The notes under the pieces were generated by a model. The model did no database searches. It was not told the DNA's origin and saw only the letters and a program-made list of their open reading frames with translations. A stretch of DNA of 63,791 nt, counting the filler, from Lama guanicoe (lineage: Eukaryota), in NCBI GenBank assembly GCA_013239625.1. It is 196 parts of 196 records of this genome, joined end to end, with 100 filler letters (N's around TTAATTAATTAA, not from the genome) between each part and the next. Parts side by side here need not be neighbours in the genome. Positions count along the whole stretch, not along the records: positions 1 to 226 come from PNXV01042271.1; positions 327 to 552 come from PNXV01042272.1; positions 653 to 878 come from PNXV01042273.1; positions 979 to 1,204 come from PNXV01042274.1; positions 1,305 to 1,530 come from PNXV01042275.1; positions 1,631 to 1,856 come from PNXV01042276.1; positions 1,957 to 2,182 come from PNXV01042277.1; positions 2,283 to 2,508 come from PNXV01042278.1; 188 more parts are not named here. One strand, written 5' to 3'. A program made the position numbers and the translations under genes. Positions 1-12,938 of the stretch are shown here, in pieces (the stretch's first letter is position 1; each line of letters begins with the position of its first letter).

Positions 1-429
1 GATGTGGCAGTGCGGCTGGTCCTCCTGCCTGTGTGGGGCAGGGTCCAGAACCTGACTACCCGGGACTCGATGTTCATGTGCCTACATGTGTGTGCACGTG
101 GGTGTGCACGTGGGTGTGCGCCTGCATTTTGACACGTTTCCGCCTCTCACCTTGGAAAAGATCACTTTTTAGGCTTCAGCCTCCTCCTCATCAATAAAAT
201 TAAGGCATTGGACAAGATCAGCCACTNNNNNNNNNNNNNNNNNNNNNNNNNNNNNNNNNNNNNNNNNNNNTTAATTAATTAANNNNNNNNNNNNNNNNNN
301 NNNNNNNNNNNNNNNNNNNNNNNNNNCTGTATTTCCACCTGTTGTACCACCATCATTCTCCTCATCAACATATTTTTCTCTCCTGTACCCCTCATCCCCT
401 GACTCTAGGCAGTTACTGAACCTTGTCAG

Positions 430-552
430 TTTTCCCTTTGTCGTGCTCTCAGGATTTCCTTCTCCTCCCGTCACAACCATGCTAATTCAGCCTGCTCTCA
501 CTCTCCTCCTAGGTTTTGCTACAGCATTCTGTTTGGTCTCCCTGAATCCAAC
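430..552 (-). mobile_element. Degraded L2 LINE fragment
   Basis: Pyrimidine-rich ...ttgctacagcattctgtttggtctccctgaatcca resembles antisense L2 (recalled consensus). Confidence 0.5.
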
Positions 553-694
553 NNNNNNNNNNNNNNNNNNNNNNNNNNNNNNNNNNNNNNNNNNNNTTAA
601 TTAATTAANNNNNNNNNNNNNNNNNNNNNNNNNNNNNNNNNNNNNNNNNNNNGCCTGGATGTTTGCCTGAGTATTACAGCAGTAATAGTGAGGC

Positions 695-850
695 AGCATT
701 TTTGATTCTAACTCTGCCACTTACTTAACTCTGTGATCTTGAACAAGTTATTGGATTTACCGCAGCTCTGTAGTGAGGATTAAGTGATGTAAAATATATT
801 AACCAGTTGATGCAAAACCTGGCACCTACTAAATGTTCAATCAAGAGTGG
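695..850 (+). mobile_element. MIR SINE
   Basis: ctctgccacttacttaactctgtgatcttgaacaagtta...gtgaggattaagtga...cctggcac...aaatgttcaat are MIR core and tail motifs. Confidence 0.75.
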
Positions 851-2098
851 CTCTTATAATATATGCAATTATTAATGTNNNNNNNNNNNNNNNNNNNNNN
901 NNNNNNNNNNNNNNNNNNNNNNTTAATTAATTAANNNNNNNNNNNNNNNNNNNNNNNNNNNNNNNNNNNNNNNNNNNNAGCACCAGCAGACCATAAAACA
1001 TGTAAAATCCATGAATCTGAAGTGAAGGCACATCCACAGCCTGGGGCACCGGGTTCCACATCCACAGCATGTCCCCCTGCTGAGACCCAGGAGGAATGGA
1101 GTTCAGTTTAGAAAGTTGGAAAAGTAAAAATATTTCCCACATCCTTTCTTTTGGGGAGACCATACCTGTATCTAGGCTGTGCAGATGAGTTAAAGTATAG
1201 GACANNNNNNNNNNNNNNNNNNNNNNNNNNNNNNNNNNNNNNNNNNNNTTAATTAATTAANNNNNNNNNNNNNNNNNNNNNNNNNNNNNNNNNNNNNNNN
1301 NNNNTATTATTCAAAGGGGGCATTATTAAGGATAAGCCATTATCCAGAATTTTCGCAGTTTCCATCTTACTCCTGCCCTGTAGTCATGTTATGGCTCATT
1401 GGAAACTGAAAAGTAGGACTAAGTAACACAATTCAAATCACTCTATTTCCCACATGTTATGTCAACTCAATATACAGTTTGTAAGAGAAGGGAATTTATA
1501 AATGTCATACCAACAAAAATGAAGGCTTATNNNNNNNNNNNNNNNNNNNNNNNNNNNNNNNNNNNNNNNNNNNNTTAATTAATTAANNNNNNNNNNNNNN
1601 NNNNNNNNNNNNNNNNNNNNNNNNNNNNNNCTGAAGAGAGCTGCGTGAAGTTGTCTCTCGTGCTCCCCACGCACTGACATTTGTTCCGGAATCCTGAGCT
1701 TGAGCAGGTTCCACCAACTGTCGGCAGCACCTAGGTTCTAACGGAATGCCTAACCTCGACTCCCCTGGGTTTTTTCCTAAAATCCCTGTGCCAGGGAATG
1801 TTAGGGCTCTTTGCAGGAAATCCCAGTGACTGAGGCTGCTTCCCCAAAGTCAGGGANNNNNNNNNNNNNNNNNNNNNNNNNNNNNNNNNNNNNNNNNNNN
1901 TTAATTAATTAANNNNNNNNNNNNNNNNNNNNNNNNNNNNNNNNNNNNNNNNNNNNGGGTAGCGTAACAGTGATCTGGAATGCCCCATACGTGAAACCTT
2001 CAACTAAGAGCTATTTGTCTTCAATGACTGAGGAAATTTCCATAAGGTAAATTTGTTTTTATCTTGAGTTGAGTGTCACCGGATGCTACCATCAACTT

Positions 2099-2130
<32 letters not shown>

Positions 2131-2142
2131 ACGCACACACAC
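2099..2142. repeat. (CA)n/(CACACG)n microsatellite
   Basis: Read directly from the sequence. Confidence 0.95.
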
Positions 2143-2282
2143 CTGGTGATCAGATTGGTTTCTTTTTCATTTTTCTCCTCTANNNNNNNNNNNNNNNNNN
2201 NNNNNNNNNNNNNNNNNNNNNNNNNNTTAATTAATTAANNNNNNNNNNNNNNNNNNNNNNNNNNNNNNNNNNNNNNNNNNNN

Positions 2283-2470
2283 CACTACAGTATCTCAGTG
2301 AGAGGTGATGGTGGCTGAACTAAGGCCGAGGCGATGAAAGCAGAGGGAAGGAGTTGCATTCTTGAGAGATTTGAAAGCTAGAATGAACCAAGGTTGGTGA
2401 CTGATCAGATATAGAAGTAATCAACTAATCAAGGATGGCCAGTTTCTGGCTCAGGTGGCTGGGTAGGTTT
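2283..2470 (+). mobile_element. L2 LINE fragment
   Basis: cagtgagaggtgatggtggctgaactaagg...gttggtgactgatcagatat...agtttctggct match recalled L2 motifs. Confidence 0.65.
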
Positions 2471-2608
2471 CTTGCTCTAGAGGCAGCTTTAAAAAGAGAA
2501 GAGCATTTNNNNNNNNNNNNNNNNNNNNNNNNNNNNNNNNNNNNNNNNNNNNTTAATTAATTAANNNNNNNNNNNNNNNNNNNNNNNNNNNNNNNNNNNN
2601 NNNNNNNN

Positions 2609-2834
2609 TTTTAACTTTGGAAAATTTCAGACCCACAGAAAATCAATAGAATAGTATAAAAAAAGCTTTTATACACTCCTCTAGGCTCACCAGCTGCTGA
2701 CATTTTGCCACGTTTGTTTTATTCTCTCTCTATAAATACACACACACAGACACACACTTTTCTCCCCAAACCATTTGAAAGTAAGTTACAGACACCATGA
2801 CACTTTACCCCTAAATATTTCAGCTTGTATTTTC
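2609..2834 (-). mobile_element. Old L1M 3'UTR fragment
   Basis: ggaaaatttcagacccacagaaaat...aacc atttgaaagtaagttacagacaccatgacactttacccctaaatatttcag is typical of antisense L1MC/ME. Confidence 0.6.
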
Positions 2835-4384
2835 NNNNNNNNNNNNNNNNNNNNNNNNNNNNNNNNNNNNNNNNNNNNTTAATTAATTAANNNNNNNNNN
2901 NNNNNNNNNNNNNNNNNNNNNNNNNNNNNNNNNNTTTATATGGGGAGGTGCAAGCTCCAACTCGGTTTTACAGTGAAAAGTACAGGAACTTCAAACCGGC
3001 AGTAGGAGACAGACTGAGAAACAAGACTAATTGTTTCTCCTGCAACCTGCTCCTTTTGTGCTACATGAACGAACGTCTCTCCACATGATCAGTTTTGAGA
3101 GAGTGCGAGGGTGAAAGCCGTCGTTCTCCTAGCTTGTGGGGAACACAAAGTTTCTCTTCNNNNNNNNNNNNNNNNNNNNNNNNNNNNNNNNNNNNNNNNN
3201 NNNTTAATTAATTAANNNNNNNNNNNNNNNNNNNNNNNNNNNNNNNNNNNNNNNNNNNNCTAAAAGGTATTGTATAAGCTTTCCATAAGAAATATGCATC
3301 TTCTTAAATATACTTTTAAAAGTAAAAATAAACAAATGTGTATTTTGAGATATACCTGCCAAGAAAGACAGAAATATTTTATACTCTCCGGAATGATCTC
3401 AATGCCAAGCAGTTTTCTGTTACTTGTAGATTAAATTAAATTTGCCTGTAAAATGACCTGTGCTTCCTATCTTGTTACTAGCAGCNNNNNNNNNNNNNNN
3501 NNNNNNNNNNNNNNNNNNNNNNNNNNNNNTTAATTAATTAANNNNNNNNNNNNNNNNNNNNNNNNNNNNNNNNNNNNNNNNNNNNCTACTGGTATGTAGC
3601 TGAGTGGAAACCCATCTGCCAAGTGGAGGAATCAGATGACACTCATTTAATACACACTCAGAAGTTCTCACGTTATTCTTTTTGTAAAGGGCAAAGAATG
3701 TTCAAATACTATTAGGTGGATTTGTTCGTAGAAAGCGAAACCCACTACTGCTGCCGTTAGCAAGGTGGTGGCTACAGAAGACCTGTGCAAACCAAGTACC
3801 CGGAGCACTTANNNNNNNNNNNNNNNNNNNNNNNNNNNNNNNNNNNNNNNNNNNNTTAATTAATTAANNNNNNNNNNNNNNNNNNNNNNNNNNNNNNNNN
3901 NNNNNNNNNNNTTTCTGCCACCCTGACTTGGTTCGGAGTATCACCAATGCCTCAGGTACCCATGCACAGCTTGTGGTGGTGGGTGCGGGGGCACATCTGA
4001 GAGCTTCCAGCCCCTCTCTGCCAAATTCTATGTGGCCCTACAGGACCCCAGCCCCTCCTCCCTTTTTCTCTCAGCCACCTTCCTCTTTCCTTCACCAACC
4101 CCCTCCCACTACCTCCTCCCTCCTCCCACCCTGGTGTNNNNNNNNNNNNNNNNNNNNNNNNNNNNNNNNNNNNNNNNNNNNTTAATTAATTAANNNNNNN
4201 NNNNNNNNNNNNNNNNNNNNNNNNNNNNNNNNNNNNNTTTGTGGGCCTGATCTCTAATTTATCTATCATTTGTTGTTTAAGATGCCTGTACATTCAAAGC
4301 ATCTTTTTACTATGTCCCCACCTATGCATGACATAAACACATCATTACGTTGTTAAAAATCTTATAGCAGTCCATTTCTTATTT

Positions 4385-4463
4385 CTATCCAACAGAAATG
4401 CAATGTGAGCCTCATATAATGTAAAATTTTCTAAAAGCCACATTAAAAAAGTAAAAAGAACAA
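4385..4463 (+). mobile_element. MER33-like hAT-Charlie DNA transposon relic
   Basis: ctatccaacagaaatgcaatgtgagcctcatat...aaaattttctaaaagccacattaaaaaagtaaaaagaa resembles the MER33 left end. Confidence 0.65.
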
Positions 4464-6242
4464 NNNNNNNNNNNNNNNNNNNNNNNNNNNNNNNNNNNNN
4501 NNNNNNNTTAATTAATTAANNNNNNNNNNNNNNNNNNNNNNNNNNNNNNNNNNNNNNNNNNNNCCTGCGGTTCAGCTTCTGCTTCCTTTTAACAAGCCTA
4601 TCCCATCGCGGACGGATCACGATGACCCTCCCTCTGTTCAGTTTCTCTACCCCTTCGGGCTGCTCTTCACTCGTAACTTCAAACCCCACGTGCCTGCTTT
4701 ATTTTTGTCTGAAGTTTCTCAGCTCTGCCCTCCCGACAGCCCAACTGGGAGGAGACCCTAAGGCCAGTCGAATCATCGCTCAGGATGGANNNNNNNNNNN
4801 NNNNNNNNNNNNNNNNNNNNNNNNNNNNNNNNNTTAATTAATTAANNNNNNNNNNNNNNNNNNNNNNNNNNNNNNNNNNNNNNNNNNNNTGAACCCGTGC
4901 TGTGAAGCCGCTGCTCCGCACTGCGCCCTCAGAGTCACCTGCAGAGTCCCTGTATCCGTCTTTTCCCGGAAGCAGCTCTTTCACTGGCGCGTCACCTCCA
5001 CGACGAGGGCAAAAGAGGAAACACAGCTGTTAGGTGGGTGGGGAGGCTTCCATTGGAGAAGCTGGCTTTGCAGCCCTTTGTAAATGGTGGTGACGGCGGC
5101 CTGAGGTACCCGGACNNNNNNNNNNNNNNNNNNNNNNNNNNNNNNNNNNNNNNNNNNNNTTAATTAATTAANNNNNNNNNNNNNNNNNNNNNNNNNNNNN
5201 NNNNNNNNNNNNNNNTCTTTGACTTAATTATGTTAACATGTTAAGTCACAAAGTATTATAATTTTTATTCATTTCTTCTAACCTACAGCTCCTTTTTATT
5301 AGGTTTTATTAGGCTTTTGAGGCCATTTTGTTAACACAAATGTCAGTATTTACACTCACTGTTTTCTATTACTTAAATCTTAGTGGCTGATCAGATGCAG
5401 GTTCAAGCATTCACTTTACAGTAAACTTCACAGATGGTGCTNNNNNNNNNNNNNNNNNNNNNNNNNNNNNNNNNNNNNNNNNNNNTTAATTAATTAANNN
5501 NNNNNNNNNNNNNNNNNNNNNNNNNNNNNNNNNNNNNNNNNCTCTAGGTCTCTTTGGATAGGTCCTCCTTCCCACTTTCTCCTTCTCCCCCACCAGGTCA
5601 CGTGCTGCCGACACCAGGGGTGTCCGGTGGACTTCCCGCACCAGGATGTCATCCACCTCCCTCCCTGGCCCCTGATCTTGAGATTCCGTTTGATTTTTTT
5701 AGGCAAGAATACTTCCTATGTATTTCTGTTGGGAGGCACAAAACACCTGGTTCTCACTCCTTTGGTGNNNNNNNNNNNNNNNNNNNNNNNNNNNNNNNNN
5801 NNNNNNNNNNNTTAATTAATTAANNNNNNNNNNNNNNNNNNNNNNNNNNNNNNNNNNNNNNNNNNNNAAAAAAAAAGAGGCAAACAGACAGTTAAAGAAA
5901 AATGTATTCTAATTTCACACTGAGTAAGCTATTTAGTGACACAGCTTTCTGATATTGGCAAATGATACAAATTATAAAACATGGTATGGGAAAAAGAAGT
6001 AAGCTATATGTTAAGAGAGTGCCTTGTAAATTTTGCATGGCCATATAAACCAAGAGATTTGTAGAATTGGCATATGAAGATGAATGGCTATTGNNNNNNN
6101 NNNNNNNNNNNNNNNNNNNNNNNNNNNNNNNNNNNNNTTAATTAATTAANNNNNNNNNNNNNNNNNNNNNNNNNNNNNNNNNNNNNNNNNNNNACTGGCA
6201 GCAACAGTTGAAAATGGAATGACTGTTAAAATCCCTGTACTT

Positions 6243-6335
6243 ACATATATAAAATAAACAAGGTCCTACTGCACAGCACAGGAACTATATTCAGTATATT
6301 GTAATAAACTATAATGGATAAGAATAAAAAATAGG
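6243..6335 (+). mobile_element. L1 3'UTR fragment (cetartiodactyl type)
   Basis: aaacaaggtcctactgcacagcacaggaactatattcagtatattgtaataaactataatgga. Confidence 0.75.
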
Positions 6336-7497
6336 TTTAAAAAATCTCTGTACTTGCAAACAAGAAAGCGGATAATCAAAATTAAAAGACACTCATTGCA
6401 TTTGGGTGGCATATCTTAGNNNNNNNNNNNNNNNNNNNNNNNNNNNNNNNNNNNNNNNNNNNNTTAATTAATTAANNNNNNNNNNNNNNNNNNNNNNNNN
6501 NNNNNNNNNNNNNNNNNNNAGAGAGGGATCTATCACCGTGCTGTAGGAACTGCTCTGGAAATAGGAAGACTGCACCCTCTGTTTTTCTGAACCGATCTGG
6601 GGCTCGGGGAGGGGTGGGGGCTGGCCACAATCAGGATTGGCCACTGTGTTGCTCTGTCGTTGGTGCATGGCCATTCTTCCCAGTTCATCCCCACCCGGAT
6701 GTCTCCCAGGACCATCAGGCTCACACGTCTGGCCCTGGCCCCAAANNNNNNNNNNNNNNNNNNNNNNNNNNNNNNNNNNNNNNNNNNNNTTAATTAATTA
6801 ANNNNNNNNNNNNNNNNNNNNNNNNNNNNNNNNNNNNNNNNNNNNGAAACATAGAAGAGAGGATCTCAGCAGGGACGCTTATGGAGGAGGGCACGCTGAG
6901 GAGCAGAAGGTGCAGTAGTCACTGGAGAGAAGGAGTGAGATTCAGTACTCAGGTTACCTGGGGGAAGATGGGTAGTCAGTGGTGATGCATGAAGTCCTTA
7001 AATCACTGTTTTCTGAATAAGTGTTCTATCCATCTTAATTCCACTGGGTATTCTGAGGAAGCATGTTCTAANNNNNNNNNNNNNNNNNNNNNNNNNNNNN
7101 NNNNNNNNNNNNNNNTTAATTAATTAANNNNNNNNNNNNNNNNNNNNNNNNNNNNNNNNNNNNNNNNNNNNGGGCCCGGCTGTGTTTACACAGGTCCGGC
7201 AGCTGAACGCAGAGGCCTGGTGAGGCGTGGGTTTGTTTTCACCATGACCTGAAGTCGTAGAAGAGGGCCGTGGCGTCGGTCCAGCCGCCGACTCACAGCT
7301 CGCAGGCGGGAAGGGGAGAGCTGGAAGCCAGGAGCCTCCCGACGCGCTGCCTCCCTCGCTCGGCTCCCGGAGCAGGTTCCCGCCTCGTGTGCACGTGNNN
7401 NNNNNNNNNNNNNNNNNNNNNNNNNNNNNNNNNNNNNNNNNTTAATTAATTAANNNNNNNNNNNNNNNNNNNNNNNNNNNNNNNNNNNNNNNNNNNN

Positions 7498-7722
7498 AAA
7501 CCAGGTGTAGCAGTACTGATTTCAGACAAAATAGACTTTAAAACAAGGCCATAAAGAAGGGTAAAGAAGGACATTTTATAATGATTAAAGGAGTAATGCA
7601 AGATGAGGATATTGTACTCATTAATATATATGCACCTAATATAGGAGCATCTAAGTACATAAAACAATTACTGACAGAAATAAAGGGGGATATTGATGGG
7701 AATACAATCATAGTTGGAGATT
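7498..7722 (+). mobile_element. L1 ORF2 endonuclease fragment, with a 1-bp frameshift near 7545
   Basis: Translates KPGVAVLISDKIDFKT / KEGHFIMIKGVMQDEDIVLINIYAPNIGASKYIKQLLTEIKGDIDGNTIIVGD, containing the L1 APE motifs NIYAPN and IIVGD. Confidence 0.95.
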
Positions 7723-10700
7723 NNNNNNNNNNNNNNNNNNNNNNNNNNNNNNNNNNNNNNNNNNNNTTAATTAATTAANNNNNNNNNNNNNNNNNNNNNN
7801 NNNNNNNNNNNNNNNNNNNNNNAATACCAAAATTATTATGTAGCCATTTTGGTCTTCAGGAGGTCAAGGGGCTATCTTTGCTTAGATAATTTGTAATCAT
7901 TTTGTACATCCTCTTCTATTTACTGATTTGGAAAAGACAAAACAAAAATTAAACTTGAAAAGGAATCAAAGCACTTGTTATAATTGAGCATGGGAGACAC
8001 AAGCCAAGGGTACACCTGCATAACAGTGAATGTTCTTTTGCAGTTAACNNNNNNNNNNNNNNNNNNNNNNNNNNNNNNNNNNNNNNNNNNNNTTAATTAA
8101 TTAANNNNNNNNNNNNNNNNNNNNNNNNNNNNNNNNNNNNNNNNNNNNCATATGTAGAAGAACTGAAGGAAGGAAAGAGCTAGAAGCAAATGAGAGCTGG
8201 AAGATCAGCGCACCTGCCACAGCTTTGCTTGTGACATGGGAGCCAAAATGTAAAGAAGATAAGGCTCTGAGGGTCCTGACCTATAACTGCCAGTCACCTT
8301 CCCCGTTCATAAAATGTGGTCCTATGAATCAAATTCTTGGTTCCTCGGTACTTATAAGGAGGGCTTGGGCAGAGNNNNNNNNNNNNNNNNNNNNNNNNNN
8401 NNNNNNNNNNNNNNNNNNTTAATTAATTAANNNNNNNNNNNNNNNNNNNNNNNNNNNNNNNNNNNNNNNNNNNNTCCTTACTTTGCAGATGAAGAAAGTG
8501 AGTCACAGAGCTGGTCACATTTGCCCAAGGTGGCTGCACCTGAAATGGTAGGTCCCGGGCTTGGACCAGATGGCACAGCTTTCCTGTGTGTGCACCGCGC
8601 CCCAAGTCATTGTGGCCTCCGGAACCCCCGTGCCTGACACGTGGGAGACATTCACTGGCTGTCTGGAGCACTAAGCTGCCCCCTGGGTCCTATCTCCTCA
8701 NNNNNNNNNNNNNNNNNNNNNNNNNNNNNNNNNNNNNNNNNNNNTTAATTAATTAANNNNNNNNNNNNNNNNNNNNNNNNNNNNNNNNNNNNNNNNNNNN
8801 AGAAACAGAGGGAATCAACAAAGCTACTGAAGACCTGAGAACAAAAGAACCCCGAATTAGACACTAGGTAGTCACTGAACAGCGCCACTGGCCAGTTTAA
8901 GAACCGCAATTGAACGGCAGAGGTTTCCCCCACTCCAACGGTAAGGACTGAAGGAGCTGAACAATTTAATGCCTGTGACTTCTAAAAAGGACCTTCCAAG
9001 CTGCCTTCCTGAACAGGACTCCATATNNNNNNNNNNNNNNNNNNNNNNNNNNNNNNNNNNNNNNNNNNNNTTAATTAATTAANNNNNNNNNNNNNNNNNN
9101 NNNNNNNNNNNNNNNNNNNNNNNNNNTGCAATCATCTTCCCAATTGCTAGGAGAAAATAAGGGGACTCTGAAGCCCTGAATTAAGGGATGGGGTGTTTGG
9201 ACCTTGCTGCTTAACCACGTGTCCCTCCCCTGAGGGCCCCATAGCAGTGGGGGAGCGGCTTGGAGGGAGAGAAGGCCTACAGTCACTTTGCAACTTCTGT
9301 CTCCTGCCACGAACCAGTGAGGAAGCAGGGCAAGAGGTGGCTAAATCCAGCTNNNNNNNNNNNNNNNNNNNNNNNNNNNNNNNNNNNNNNNNNNNNTTAA
9401 TTAATTAANNNNNNNNNNNNNNNNNNNNNNNNNNNNNNNNNNNNNNNNNNNNTACATGCATGTTTTGCTTATTCTGATTTTTTAAAAATAAATGAATAGT
9501 TTTGTGTCTTCCAACACAAGGTTGTTACTTGACCATTCATCTTGCATTATGTATTCAAGACTTTCTAGTTCTTAACCACTTACGGACCTGTGTCTAAATC
9601 AAAGCTACTTATCCAAAGTACATTGTCTGCCAGCAAAATTAATCACATATCCAGAAAGACGTATTATGTGTCCAGAAANNNNNNNNNNNNNNNNNNNNNN
9701 NNNNNNNNNNNNNNNNNNNNNNTTAATTAATTAANNNNNNNNNNNNNNNNNNNNNNNNNNNNNNNNNNNNNNNNNNNNAGCGACCCTAGTGCCCTCCCTG
9801 TAATATCTTCTCGAGAAAAGCCCTCTTCGGCCAAAGGGAATTAGCTCTGTGGGGCAGGGGAGCTGCTCCTGGGGGGTCCAGATAACCCCCACTTCTCAGG
9901 GGACCCCCCCATCTCCCTGGGAGAGGAAGAGGAGGTTTGAGAGACACATGAGTTTGGCCTCCGAGGCCCTGAGGGATTTTCTGGCTGTAGGATAGGGGTG
10001 GACTNNNNNNNNNNNNNNNNNNNNNNNNNNNNNNNNNNNNNNNNNNNNTTAATTAATTAANNNNNNNNNNNNNNNNNNNNNNNNNNNNNNNNNNNNNNNN
10101 NNNNAATTTTTTTTCTTCCTGTCCTGTTATTTTCCTATGTCAATTTAATTTTGGGGCCAGCTGTTAGAGCAGGCAGATGGGTAGATATGAGCAGAGAAAG
10201 GTGGATGCAGACCAAATGGTATGAAACCACACATCTTGTGATTCTTGGGCAGGCAGAGAAAAGCAGGAACTTCCAGAATGATAAGAAACCACATATTCTG
10301 GGTTGACAGGTGTCCTGGAGGCAGGCAAAGNNNNNNNNNNNNNNNNNNNNNNNNNNNNNNNNNNNNNNNNNNNNTTAATTAATTAANNNNNNNNNNNNNN
10401 NNNNNNNNNNNNNNNNNNNNNNNNNNNNNNTCTCTCCTGGTGCTCTGACTTCCCCTGCCTAGCACACTGCTCTCCCCATTTGTGACTGATTACCCTGTTT
10501 GGCCCTGGGGTGACACCTGATGGGATGTGGGCTGAATCCAAGGGAAGGTGGGTGAGACAGGGATAGCACACACCCACTGCCCTCCCTTGGCACAAACTGC
10601 GGTGGGTTTTTGGTGTCTTTTCCCAGGGGCTGGGATGGCCAGGTTGGAAGGGAGAGNNNNNNNNNNNNNNNNNNNNNNNNNNNNNNNNNNNNNNNNNNNN

Positions 10701-10756
10701 TTAATTAATTAANNNNNNNNNNNNNNNNNNNNNNNNNNNNNNNNNNNNNNNNNNNN

Positions 10757-10866
10757 AATTGGCCACGTGGAAGTATCTACACCACAGAAATCAGCAAATA
10801 CTATACATCAACACACACACACACCCCCTCCATAGAGCTGGTTGTTAAAAACATTTACTAGCACCT
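10757..10866 (+). mobile_element. MER63-like hAT transposon end
   Basis: aattggccacgtggaagtatctacaccacagaaatcagcaaatactata...agagctggttgttaaaaacatttactagcacc. Confidence 0.6.
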
Positions 10867-12060
10867 CGCTGGACAAACTGATGTCTGGAATTTTGTCTTT
10901 AGCCACTTCTCATGAGTTTCAGCATTCTCCATTTGTCCCACATAAACAGTGTCAGAGTCCCGCTCTAGCCTTTGGAGTTTCTNNNNNNNNNNNNNNNNNN
11001 NNNNNNNNNNNNNNNNNNNNNNNNNNTTAATTAATTAANNNNNNNNNNNNNNNNNNNNNNNNNNNNNNNNNNNNNNNNNNNNTTTAGGATCGATAGGTCC
11101 ATAGGTTCTGCTTTGAATTGTACTGAAACTACTGCTCACAGGACCATTTGACTTCACTCGATTGTTTCTTGACTTCATAGTCAACTCACAAGCTTGGTTC
11201 AAATGAATTGGGAGAATAATGAACACTTTCCTATAGATTCATCATTCTGGGAAACCTATCACAAGAGACAAAGATGAAGAGCCCCTGTTCTGTGGGGCTG
11301 ATGAAATANNNNNNNNNNNNNNNNNNNNNNNNNNNNNNNNNNNNNNNNNNNNTTAATTAATTAANNNNNNNNNNNNNNNNNNNNNNNNNNNNNNNNNNNN
11401 NNNNNNNNCATGGAAAAAAAATCCTCTTATAATTTTGATTGAATTTTAAGTACTTTCAGAAAGAATTTAATTCTGCTATTATATAACTTTTCCTTTAGTG
11501 GACATAATTTACCTCTCCCTTTAGTTTTCTTTGATATCCTTAAACAATATTTTATATTTTCTTTAGTGTTTTTAACCTCATTCATTGGATTTGTTCTTAA
11601 AAATCTTAGTGTTTGTTTGCAATTGTGATTAAGGNNNNNNNNNNNNNNNNNNNNNNNNNNNNNNNNNNNNNNNNNNNNTTAATTAATTAANNNNNNNNNN
11701 NNNNNNNNNNNNNNNNNNNNNNNNNNNNNNNNNNTGCCATGCAAGCAGACCCCAGCATGGTTTAGGCTCCAAACCAAGCTCCAAGTACAGGGTGCGGTGC
11801 AGAGGAGGACCTGGACACACCGTGTGAGCAAATGAGTAAGTCATCGTGCACTTCCAAAGTCAAACACCAATGTTCTCCTTCATGCTTTGTGAAAATAGTA
11901 GAAAACACAGTAGAACAACGGATCTCCAAGCCAACCTATGGTCTGACTGGTGACTATCTCNNNNNNNNNNNNNNNNNNNNNNNNNNNNNNNNNNNNNNNN
12001 NNNNTTAATTAATTAANNNNNNNNNNNNNNNNNNNNNNNNNNNNNNNNNNNNNNNNNNNN

Positions 12061-12230
12061 TTTTGGGATATGATAAATTCAGGTTTATTAGACATCTGTG
12101 GGGTGCCAAGTATGAAGTTGGATAGATGAGTCTAGAAAGGATCTGGAATGCAGGTGGACAATTGGAAGAAACTGGCAGTTGAAGCAATGCAATGAGATGA
12201 CACTCTTCTGGGAGTGAGAGTAACTTAAGA
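12061..12230 (+). mobile_element. L2 LINE fragment
   Basis: ttttgggatatgataaattcaggtttattagacatc...gttggatagatgagtctaga. Confidence 0.6.
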
Positions 12231-12712
12231 AGCCCTTTGTGGTTCTAAGATTCTAGTTTCTGATGTGATAGTTCTTTTCATCCAAGNNNNNNNNNNNNNN
12301 NNNNNNNNNNNNNNNNNNNNNNNNNNNNNNTTAATTAATTAANNNNNNNNNNNNNNNNNNNNNNNNNNNNNNNNNNNNNNNNNNNNGGATGCACACGAGG
12401 GTCGGGGACCGTTTGCTAACGGGCTCTCGCTGGCCTGTCCAAGCGGCCCCCGGCATGTGACTGTCACCTGCTCTGGGAGCTCAGCCCGGCCACACCGGTC
12501 CCTCCCGCCTCCCTGATGGCGCCAGGAGTGCCCTGGCCGCCTGCCTTTGCGTCGCCGGTCACAGTGCCGCATGTGTGTTCCTTCTCTTCCTTCCAGCTGC
12601 CTTCTCAGAGGCNNNNNNNNNNNNNNNNNNNNNNNNNNNNNNNNNNNNNNNNNNNNTTAATTAATTAANNNNNNNNNNNNNNNNNNNNNNNNNNNNNNNN
12701 NNNNNNNNNNNN

Positions 12713-12938
12713 GAAGGAAGGAAATCATAAATATTGGGGAGGATATAAATAAAATAGAGTTAAAAAAACCATAGGAAAAATATCAACCAATCAAATGCTG
12801 GTTTTTTGAAAAAGTAAGTAAAATCGTATACCTCTGGCCAAAGTCAAAAGGAAGAAAAGTGAGAGAGCACAAATTAGCAAAATAAGATAGGAGAATGGAG
12901 AATATGCAACTAATAAAATAGAAATGCAGAATATCATA
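12713..12938 (+). mobile_element. L1 ORF2 fragment (between EN and RT), degraded
   Basis: RKEIINIGEDINKIE...WFFEKVSKI...KKSERAQISKIR. Confidence 0.9.
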
